Shown in pieces: positions 52,842 through 61,600 of a DNA stretch of 64,000 bases. The notes under the pieces were generated by a model that had not been told where the DNA came from, did not search any database, and saw only the letters and a list, made by a program, of their open reading frames with translations. The DNA comes from a virus. The stretch spans positions 1 through 64,000 of IMG/VR virus record IMGVR_UViG_3300035703_000033; one strand, given 5' to 3'. The translations under genes and the position numbers were made by a program. Numbering within the stretch: the stretch's first letter is position 1; every line of letters starts with the position of its first letter.

Positions 52842-53897
52842 ATGAGCAATGAACTATTAGAAAAAGCAGTTGCAGCTGATACTACCGTAACAGGTACTAT
52901 GGAAGGCGCTCTCTCAGGTTCTGGCATCCACGTTGGTGCTACATCTAAGGGTGGTCTTTTGAATCCAGAGCAGTCTGCTCGTTTTCTCGATTACATGTTC
53001 GATGCAACAGTAATCGGTAAGGTGGCTCGTACAGTTCGAATGAGAGCTGACACCACCGAGATAGATCGTATTGGTGTTGGTGAAAAGCTAATGAAGCTTG
53101 CTACTGAAGCAGATAATACTGCATCAAATTCAGCAGTTACTTTCTCCAAGATCTCTCTCACAACAAAGAAGCTTCGCCTAGATTGGGAACTTTCGACTGA
53201 ATCTCTTGAAGACAATATCGAAGGTGCTGATCTCGAAGATCATATTGCCAGAATGATGGCAACACAGGCAGGTAACGACATTGAGGATGTTCTCCTTAAT
53301 GGTGATACCTCTCTAACAGGAGATGCACTTTATAAGTCTTTCGATGGTGCTGTTAAGCTTTCAAAGGCTAACGGTCACGTCGTTGACGCAGAGGGTGCTG
53401 CAATTTCACGTGCTGTATTCAACAGCGCATTGAAGGCACTTCCACGTAAGTACAAGCAGCGTCGTGCAGACCTTAGATTCCTTTCAGGTTCAAACTTGAT
53501 CCAGGATTATCTATACTCTGCATCACTACTTGGAGATTACGGCTCAAACAACCCACAGGATATCGCTTCAAGCGTAATCCGTGGAGCTGGCGTACAGCCA
53601 CTAGGTGGCCCAGCAGGATATGTCGCACCATTTGCGTTCGGCATTCCAGTAGTTGAAGTTCCACTTCTTCCAGAAGCACAGGACGGAGACTACTCTGGCG
53701 CAACAGGAAACCACGGTGATATTCACTTGACATTCCCAAATAACGTTGTTATTGGTATCAAGCGTGATGTTACTGTATATCGTTTCTTCTGGCCACGTAA
53801 GGACTCTATCGAGTACACAATGTATACTCGTGTAGGTGTTCAAATCGAGCAGGCAGACGCTTGGGTCGTTGTTAAGAACGTAAAGGTTGCTTCCTAA
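52842..53897 (+). CDS. major capsid protein
   Basis: GGLL.PEQ..RF, E.LEDNIEG, NGD, G.P...VP; follows protease; strong terminator after. Confidence 0.9.
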   Translation: MSNELLEKAVAADTTVTGTMEGALSGSGIHVGATSKGGLLNPEQSARFLDYMFDATVIGKVARTVRMRADTTEIDRIGVGEKLMKLATEADNTASNSAVTFSKISLTTKKLRLDWELSTESLEDNIEGADLEDHIARMMATQAGNDIEDVLLNGDTSLTGDALYKSFDGAVKLSKANGHVVDAEGAAISRAVFNSALKALPRKYKQRRADLRFLSGSNLIQDYLYSASLLGDYGSNNPQDIASSVIRGAGVQPLGGPAGYVAPFAFGIPVVEVPLLPEAQDGDYSGATGNHGDIHLTFPNNVVIGIKRDVTVYRFFWPRKDSIEYTMYTRVGVQIEQADAWVVVKNVKVAS

Positions 53898-53919
53898 TTT
53901 TTAGGAATTAAACTGCCGA

Positions 53920-53954
53920 AAAGCCCCTAATTAAATTTAGGGGCTTTTCCTTTT
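53920..53954 (+). terminator. intrinsic terminator
   Basis: AAAAGCCCCTAA...TTAGGGGCTTTT. Confidence 0.8.
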
Positions 53955-53998
53955 AATTGACTAATGCTATAATTTATTTAAGTAGAATAGGAGATTTT

Positions 53999-54400
53999 AT
54001 GTCATTTGAGACATTAAAAGTATCTGAGTTAAAGAAGGTAGCCGAAGAATTCGGTGTAGATACAGAAGGACTAAAAAATAAGTCTGATATTGTGGCCGCA
54101 TTGGCTGAAGAGGGAATTACCTGGAATCTATATCAGGATACAATAAAGAAAATTGAGGAAGAATCAGTGCCAGTAGAACAAGAAGTTTTACCAAAGTTTG
54201 ATGCAACTAAAGAGATTGCTGAAGATCAAGTATTGGTTAGAATGACACGAGCTAATTTTAGATACGATATAATGGGTAAGACATTTACAAAAGAGCACCC
54301 ATTTGTTGCTATGACAAAAGATGATGCTCAGAAAATTTTTGATAAGGAGGAGGGCTTTAGACTAGCAACTCCAGCGGAAGTTAGAGAGTTCTATAACTAA
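53999..54400 (+). CDS. protein with Rho-N/SAP-like helix-extension-helix domain
   Basis: LKVSELKKVAEEFGV...K.DIV.AL. Confidence 0.7.
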   Translation: MSFETLKVSELKKVAEEFGVDTEGLKNKSDIVAALAEEGITWNLYQDTIKKIEEESVPVEQEVLPKFDATKEIAEDQVLVRMTRANFRYDIMGKTFTKEHPFVAMTKDDAQKIFDKEEGFRLATPAEVREFYN

Positions 54401-54409
54401 GCCTATAAA

Positions 54410-55393
54410 ATGGCAGAGGTATTAAAAAATACAAACGCTCCAGTTTACCATCAGGTATTCTGGAAAGGCGGTGTACAGGATGCAGATGATCTACCAGTAG
54501 TTAAGGTATATGATATTTCTGAAGATCCATTTACCGACTCTCCTTCTGAATCATACTATCTTTTAGATATAACTGCTGAAAAGGATGAAACAAACATAGG
54601 GCTGTATGCAGTTTATATACCAGTGCTATACACATCAAGTAATGCTACTCTTAGATTAATGTGGCAGTATGAAGTTGAGTCACAAGAAATGGAATACAGC
54701 CATGATTTATTTGTGGTTACTCCGTATGCAGATTTATATCAAGCATCCAATATGCTTGGCATAAATACAGATCCATCAGACCCAAACTATAGGTCATATA
54801 AAGAACTAGCAGCGGCTGAAAGATATGCAAGAAAAAGAATTGAAAACGCTACTGGGCAAAAATTTTATCTATATAATGATGTTGCCAGAGTAATTGGCTA
54901 TGGTTCAGATATTTTACCATTACCAGAAAAAATATTTAGGTTAAGAAAATTATATATGAACGATATTCTAATGGTTGATAATGTTACATATCCAAATGTA
55001 AATAATTTTGGGTTCGATGTAGAAATTTCAGAGACTGGTTTTGGCTTAAGGATAAATAAATCCAGCTTACTTGATAACACGGTATATGTAGCAAATGGTA
55101 TGGTTCCACCAACAATACATGACTCAAGTGGTGTGTTTAAGAATAATGTTGAGTACGAGATACAGGCTACATTTGGATGGAAGAAGGTTCCAGACGAAAT
55201 AGAATTAGCTGCTATAGAGTTAATGAAAGACTTTTTCTCTAAAGACACTGTTTGGAAAAATCAATATATTAAAAATATACAGACATTTGACTGGCAGTTT
55301 GAGTATAACTCTGATGTATTGAGTGGAACTGGAAATGCATATGCAGATAAGTTAATTTCTGGATATGTAATGGACAAGGTTGAAATAATATAA
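54410..55393 (+). CDS. head-tail connector
   Basis: AR..IE..TGQ.F; FGW..VP..I..AA..L; position. Confidence 0.75.
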   Translation: MAEVLKNTNAPVYHQVFWKGGVQDADDLPVVKVYDISEDPFTDSPSESYYLLDITAEKDETNIGLYAVYIPVLYTSSNATLRLMWQYEVESQEMEYSHDLFVVTPYADLYQASNMLGINTDPSDPNYRSYKELAAAERYARKRIENATGQKFYLYNDVARVIGYGSDILPLPEKIFRLRKLYMNDILMVDNVTYPNVNNFGFDVEISETGFGLRINKSSLLDNTVYVANGMVPPTIHDSSGVFKNNVEYEIQATFGWKKVPDEIELAAIELMKDFFSKDTVWKNQYIKNIQTFDWQFEYNSDVLSGTGNAYADKLISGYVMDKVEII

Positions 55394-55821
55394 TGTCATC
55401 CGTAATAGATGCCGTTTTATCCATGAGAATGGATGTATATAAACAAGTTGATTTGCAAGATCCAAATACTGGAGCATTAAAAAAAGAGTGGATGTTTGAC
55501 AGAACAGTAGATTGTCACGCAAAAGGGGTTATAAGTAATTCCGCTACCTCAAGATCTAGCGATAAGCAAACCTTTGATAATAGATATTCTAATGATCAGG
55601 TTATACAGGTCAGAACATCTGGTAGGATTACAGCAAGAGAAAAGATAACAAATATACAAAATAGAGAAGGTGTTTGTATATGGACAGAAATAAATTTTCC
55701 TAGCGACACTCCAACAGTTTTTGAAGTAGTAGGAACAACTCCTATTACAGACCCCTTTGGCAGAGTTGTAGGATATAACTCTACAATGAAGAGGTCGGAG
55801 AATCAGCAAATTGGCATCTAA
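55393..55821 (+). CDS. head-closure/stopper protein
   Basis: Position and size in neck module. Confidence 0.65.
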   Translation: MSSVIDAVLSMRMDVYKQVDLQDPNTGALKKEWMFDRTVDCHAKGVISNSATSRSSDKQTFDNRYSNDQVIQVRTSGRITAREKITNIQNREGVCIWTEINFPSDTPTVFEVVGTTPITDPFGRVVGYNSTMKRSENQQIGI

Positions 55822-56593
55822 TTTTTTATTTGTAAATGTTGCTAGCGGTTTAGAGCCATTAATGCAGTCACCGCAGCATAGCCATATTAAGCAATCAATG
55901 GTTGCTCAAATTTCTGCTGCAGTCTATTATCAAGCTAAAGTATTAGAAAAATTAGAAGACAGCGAAAGCTTTAAAAGACAATTTAGAACTGTTATATTTA
56001 ATCAGATTGAAAAAGAGTTTGGTCAGTATATAGATGCAAAAGCTAGAACAAGTCCAAAATCACTACATCACGTATATGAATGGAAGAAAATTGGACAGCC
56101 AGAGGCTAGGTTATTTAAATTAAATCAGCTAGAAGGGCAAGGCATATCATTTAAAATATCTACAGAACTTCTACCATCAACATCTTTTGTACCAACTGGG
56201 AAGGGAAGACATAGACATGTTTTCTCAAATAAGGCAGAGGTTATGGAAGCTGGAAAACCAGTTATAATTTCACCTAAGTATTCAGAAAGATTAGTTTTTG
56301 AAATAGATGGAAATACTGTTTATATGCCTAAAGGTGCATCTGTAACTGTTAATAGACCTGGAGGACCAGGAGCTACAAATCAATTCTACCTAGCAACTAA
56401 TCAATATTTCAAAAGTAATATGGTAAACTTAGCTATAAAGAACTCTGGTTTTCAAAGATTATTTACTGCATCTTTAAAGAAAGCAATGTCTGTTCCATCA
56501 GATATTAGAACTGTGAAATATAAGTTTAGTCCAAATATGATTAAAAGCCAGGCTGACTTTGCAGTAAATGCAGCATTCGGAGGTGTAATGTGA
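55811..56593 (+). CDS. neck/tail-completion protein
   Basis: Position; LHHVYEW motif. Confidence 0.6.
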   Translation: MASNFLFVNVASGLEPLMQSPQHSHIKQSMVAQISAAVYYQAKVLEKLEDSESFKRQFRTVIFNQIEKEFGQYIDAKARTSPKSLHHVYEWKKIGQPEARLFKLNQLEGQGISFKISTELLPSTSFVPTGKGRHRHVFSNKAEVMEAGKPVIISPKYSERLVFEIDGNTVYMPKGASVTVNRPGGPGATNQFYLATNQYFKSNMVNLAIKNSGFQRLFTASLKKAMSVPSDIRTVKYKFSPNMIKSQADFAVNAAFGGVM

Positions 56594-57102
56594 GTCCAAA
56601 TTATAATATAGACTCAATGTATGAGATTAGAAAGTTCTTGTGGCAAGGGCTGCAAGATGCTAATTTAATAGATGCCGATGACTACTATAGCGATAACCTT
56701 GGCGAGGCTATAAACCCAATTATTCCAGTACAACAGCTTGCAGAAATGAATCAGTTTTTGAGCGGGAAAACTCATATTGTTTATGACAAAATAGGAATGT
56801 CTTATGAGCAAAATTGGTTGATATGCTGCGAGCAATTATTATTTACGATATATTCTACAGATTTTGCAGAGATAAATAGAATTAGAAATTACATGCTGGA
56901 CCAGTTCAGACGCATGGATGAGTCGGCAAGAGATCTTAATTATTGGGAAGATGTTTCAGATATGGTTAAATTCCATAGCATATTTGTTGCAGACATATCT
57001 CCTACAGCCCCTTCAGAGGAGCTACAAGGCTTTCTGGCAGCCGATGTCATACTTGAGGTCAAATACTCTAGGATAACAGACCTAAACGGCAGATTTGCTT
57101 AA
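56590..57102 (+). CDS. tail terminator protein
   Basis: Position immediately before tail tube gene. Confidence 0.6.
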   Translation: MSPNYNIDSMYEIRKFLWQGLQDANLIDADDYYSDNLGEAINPIIPVQQLAEMNQFLSGKTHIVYDKIGMSYEQNWLICCEQLLFTIYSTDFAEINRIRNYMLDQFRRMDESARDLNYWEDVSDMVKFHSIFVADISPTAPSEELQGFLAADVILEVKYSRITDLNGRFA

Positions 57103-57205
57103 ATTGCTTTAGGCAACTGAATATTGTAAAATTATCTATAGAGGAAAGGGCCTAGCCAGCCACTTTATATATATATAAATAATTTCATGAAATAGGAGGA
57201 AACTC

Positions 57206-57931
57206 ATGGCACAAGCAGTAGGTAATGCAAGAAATATTCTTGTTGGTGCTTCACCATTGTTCCTATCAACACTAGATTCCACAGCAGCAGGTTATGATGC
57301 AGACATGGAAGCTGGAGTTGCTAAAGCAGGCACAGTTGGTGGAAATAATAAGGTCCCAGCATTTGCTTCAGGTGTATCTTATACAGATACACTAAACGCA
57401 CAGGATGCTAGATTTGGCGATGACGGAGCATACCGTAACGTTGGTTACACAAATAACGGTCTTCAGATCACCTATAACCCAACATATGATTCTGTAACTG
57501 TTGACCAGCTTCTTGATACAGCTAAGCTGTTCAAGTCTGCGATGGAAGTTATGATTGCAACAGAAATGTCCGAAGGTACTCTAGAGAACGTTCTAGTCGT
57601 TTTCGGTCAAGGAAGAAGCACTCTAGACGAGTCAGATGGAACAAAGGATGTTTTAGGTTTGGAAGCAGGTGCACTAGGTGCAGCTCCAACAGAGCGTCAA
57701 TTAATTGCAGTTGGACAAGCTCCAGGAACTGACGTTGAAGGTAATACAATTACAAGAACAGAGCGTGTATATTATGCACGTCGTGTTCTTTCAGTACAGC
57801 AGTCACAGTTCTCTTTGGCTCGTACAGCTCCAACTACATTCCCAGTAACATTCCGTCTTCTACCATCTGGTGACGCAGCTCACGCAGGTAAGGAATACGG
57901 TTTAATTATTGACCGTGTAGTTACAGCTTAA
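57206..57931 (+). CDS. major tail (tube) protein
   Basis: NILVGA, VGYT..G....Y.P...V.VDQ, E.TLEN, FPV.FR.LP. Confidence 0.85.
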   Translation: MAQAVGNARNILVGASPLFLSTLDSTAAGYDADMEAGVAKAGTVGGNNKVPAFASGVSYTDTLNAQDARFGDDGAYRNVGYTNNGLQITYNPTYDSVTVDQLLDTAKLFKSAMEVMIATEMSEGTLENVLVVFGQGRSTLDESDGTKDVLGLEAGALGAAPTERQLIAVGQAPGTDVEGNTITRTERVYYARRVLSVQQSQFSLARTAPTTFPVTFRLLPSGDAAHAGKEYGLIIDRVVTA

Positions 57932-57952
57932 TAATTAATTTTAATTATTAAA

Positions 57953-57979
57953 TAAAGCCCCCAGAAATGGGGGCTTTAT
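57953..57979 (+). terminator. intrinsic terminator
   Basis: TAAAGCCCCCA-GAAA-TGGGGGCTTTA. Confidence 0.8.
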
Positions 57980-58036
57980 ACTTGTAACCGTATAATCCTT
58001 ATGTTATAATAATTGAGACAGCCAAAGGAGGATAAA

Positions 58037-58363
58037 TTGGCAACTACGGTATATAATACAGAAGAAATTGTATTACAAAATGGAAATAAGGTAACACTTA
58101 AGCCATTAACTATTAAGCAGTTAAGAAAGTTTATGGTGGTAGTAAATAAGCTATCAGAAACAACTACAGAAGATGAAAGCCTCAGTACATTATTAGAGGC
58201 ATGTTCAATTGCATTAGAAAAGCAATTAGATGATGTTTCGACTGAAACATTAGAAGACATTTTGGACGTTCCAACTATTAACCGCATCCTAGAAGTATGT
58301 GGAGGAATTAAGATGGACGACCCAAACCTTCTAGCGGCGGCGGTTCTGGCTGGTCAGAACTAG
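58037..58363 (+). CDS. tail assembly chaperone (G-like)
   Basis: AAGGAGG RBS + TTG; between tail tube and tape measure. Confidence 0.8.
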   Translation: MATTVYNTEEIVLQNGNKVTLKPLTIKQLRKFMVVVNKLSETTTEDESLSTLLEACSIALEKQLDDVSTETLEDILDVPTINRILEVCGGIKMDDPNLLAAAVLAGQN

Positions 58364-58692
58364 ACCTTGCCGCATTGGAAGGAGAGATCTTTCTTCTCGG
58401 ACATTGGAAAAATTACGAGGAGCTAGAAGAAAATCTCTCAATGCCAGAGTTAATACAAACAATTAAGTCTATGCAAAAAACTGAAGAAGAAAAAAGAAAA
58501 TTCTTAGCTTCGCTTCAAGGTATAAACTTAAATGAAGAAGAAAATAAAGATGCTTTAACTTTTGAAGATGTCAAAAGAAGAGCTCTTGGAATAAATGCTT
58601 CAGGAGATGACGTAGTTTCACTTCAAGGAAGTTTTGCACAAGAGTCTGGTTTTGGAATTGGTATGGGGTTAGGGTATAGTAGGAGTAATTAG
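58321..58692 (+). CDS. tail assembly chaperone extension (GT-like) reached by -1 frameshift
   Basis: C-CCA-AAC slippery heptamer at 58321-58327; -1 frame open 58312-58692. Confidence 0.75.
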   Translation, partial: PKPSSGGGSGWSELDLAALEGEIFLLGHWKNYEELEENLSMPELIQTIKSMQKTEEEKRKFLASLQGINLNEEENKDALTFEDVKRRALGINASGDDVVSLQGSFAQESGFGIGMGLGYSRSN

Positions 58693-61600
58693 TGGCTGAA
58701 GAAAATATTATCACTAATATTACGGCAAGGGCTGACTTCTCAAGTCTTATAAAAGATTTGAATAGGGTAACGGCCTCATTGTCGTCCCTACAGCAAACAG
58801 TTGGCGCAACTAATAAAGCAATCTCTAGTCAAATAGATGCAATCAATAGAGGATTTGCAAATACAGTTAGAAGTACAGGACAGTTTTCTTCACACTATGT
58901 TTCTTTATCTTCAGATGTTGAAAAGTTTGGTAGAAGCCTAGACTCTGGAAGATTAAAACTAAAGGATTATTTTAGAACCTGGCAGGATCATACCAGAACC
59001 TCTGGCGGATTAATTAGAGATCTTGCAAAACAGCAAGTACAATTACAAAATGCAATCCTCCAGCCATTGGGACGAAATGCCCAAGGCTTAATGCAATTTA
59101 ATGTCCATGTTCCAAGAGGGCTTGATGTAATTAAAAATAAAACAGCTCTAACAACACAAGAGCTGAAGATTATGAATAAAGTTGTACAGGATGGAGCAGT
59201 ACAACTTATCAACTGGGGTAAGAATACTCAGTGGGCAGGACGTCAGCTTACAGTAGGTTTAACTCTTCCATTAGCAGCATTTGGTAAAGCTGCAGCAGAT
59301 GCATTTAGAAGTGCAGATCAAGAGTTAACAAGACTAACAAAGGTTTATGGCGATATAGCTGGTGCAACTTCAGCAGAGCTTGGGCAGATTAGAAATGATG
59401 TATCTAAGACTGCAAAAGAACTCGCTTCTAGCATGGGAGTTAATTTTCAAGAAACTATAGCGTTAGCAGCAGACATTGCGGCAACTGGAAAAACTGGAAA
59501 TGAATTATTATCTTCAGTTTCTGAAACAACTAGATTGGCAGTTCTTGGTGAAGTAGATAGACAAGAAGCTATGAAAGCAACTCTTGCAATACAGTCAGCT
59601 TTCAAGTCAAATACAGAAGAGCTTAGCCAGTCAATTAACTTTTTAAACGCAGTAGAAAACCAAACATCAACTACTCTTAATGACCTTGTAGAGGCTATTC
59701 CAAAGGCTGGCCCAGTTATTAAGGGTCTTGGTGGAAGTGTTCAAGATTTAGCTTTATATCTTACAGCAATGCGTGAGGGTGGAGTTTCTGCATCTGAAGG
59801 TGCAAATGCCCTTAAGTCAGCATTAGCTTCTTTAATTAACCCAACTGATGTTGCTGTTGCAAAATTTGAAGGGTTCGGTATAGATCTACTTGGTATTGTA
59901 AATAATAATGCAGGTAATGTAACACAAACTTTGATGTCATTACAAGGTGCATTAGATAAACTTGATCCATTGCAAAAGCAACAGGCAATTGAGCAGTTAT
60001 TTGGTAAGTTCCAATTCTCAAGACTTAATGCATTATTTGAAAACCTAGGAAGACAAGGAAGTCAGACGCTGCAGGTTCTTGATCTTATGAAGGCAAGCGC
60101 AGGAGATTTGGAAAATGTTGCAAGTCGAGAATTAGCAATGGTTACTGAATCAGCAGCAGGTAAATATAAGAGAGCAATAGAATCTCTAAAGGCTGACCTG
60201 GCTGGTGTTGGAGAGCAGTTCCTAAATATAGGAACAACAATAGTAACTGTATTAGATAATATTATTGATTTTGGTAAAAAGCTTCCAGAGCCACTTAAAA
60301 AGATATTAGCTTTTGGAACAGCATTCACTGCTATGGTAGGGCCAGTAATTATGTTAACTGGTTTGCTTGCAAACTTCTTTGGATACATAGTTAAGGGTGT
60401 TTTCCACTTTAAGTCGCTATTTAAGGGTGGAGAGGGATGGAGACTTCTAACTCCAGAAATTTTAGCTGCAGAAAAAGCAGGCTCTTTAGCAGAGCAAACA
60501 TTTTATAGTGATGCACAAGCCGCTACAATATTAAAGAAAGCATTAGCTGATTTATCAATGGAGTATGATGCTCTAGCAGCACGTCTTGCTTCTGGAAAAA
60601 TTTCAGTATCTCCAGCACTAACAACGATGGCTGGCTCAATAATTCAACCAGGATCTCCTGGGTATAGACCAGTAAATCCAAACCATCCTCTTGTTGGCGG
60701 AATGTCAAGCTCTCACTTAAATCCAAGAGACCCAAATAATCCAGCAACCCTATTTGGCCTAGTTCCAGGAGCCACTGGCGTAAATCAGAAAATCGGTAGA
60801 AATCCACAAATTATGATGGAGGAGAGGCTTCCAAATATTGAAGGCTTAACTTCTGTAGGTGGAGTTTCAACTGGAGTTGTAGCATCAGAGGCTGCTAGAT
60901 ATCAGGCACTTATGGCAACACTTGGAATGCAGTCTCAAAAAGAAATTGAAGATTTAAAGAAAACTATTAGAATGGGTGGAGCAGTAAGCTCTCAATTTAT
61001 TCAAACATTTGATGATATTTTGCCTTTAACAACTCAAATAACTCAAAATGTTGCAGCACAGTCAGCAGCAGTAATTGCAGAGCTAAGAGCTGGTAAGTTA
61101 ACTGTTGATCAAGCTAAGGCTCAAATTATTGCATTGAATGCACAACTTGAAGCAGATCTAGGTAGAACAGTAAGCGCATATGCTAGTTCAACTGGAAGAA
61201 GCATAGATTTAACTAGAGTGCCACTAATAGATCAGCCAGTAGTTGATGCAACTGGAAAGTCAAATATGAGAGCATTATTTAGAAAGGGCAGAATGCGTGA
61301 TATCATGCAAGCCCTTGGAAGAGCTACCAGAACAAGAACTATGGGTGCTCCATACAGCATAGAGACTACTAATCTGCCTAAGTTTAATACTGGTGGTCAA
61401 GTTTATGTGTCACCAGGAAGCGTTGTTCCTGGCCCTAACGTTAATGCGGATGTCGTACCAGCAATGCTTACTGCTGGAGAGTTTGTTGTTAATAGAGAAG
61501 CTACAGCAGCTAATTTACCATTACTACAAGCAATTAATGGTCAAGGTTCAAGGGGCCCAGGGTTTAATTTAGGATCTTCAAGAGAAATTAGAAACAGATA

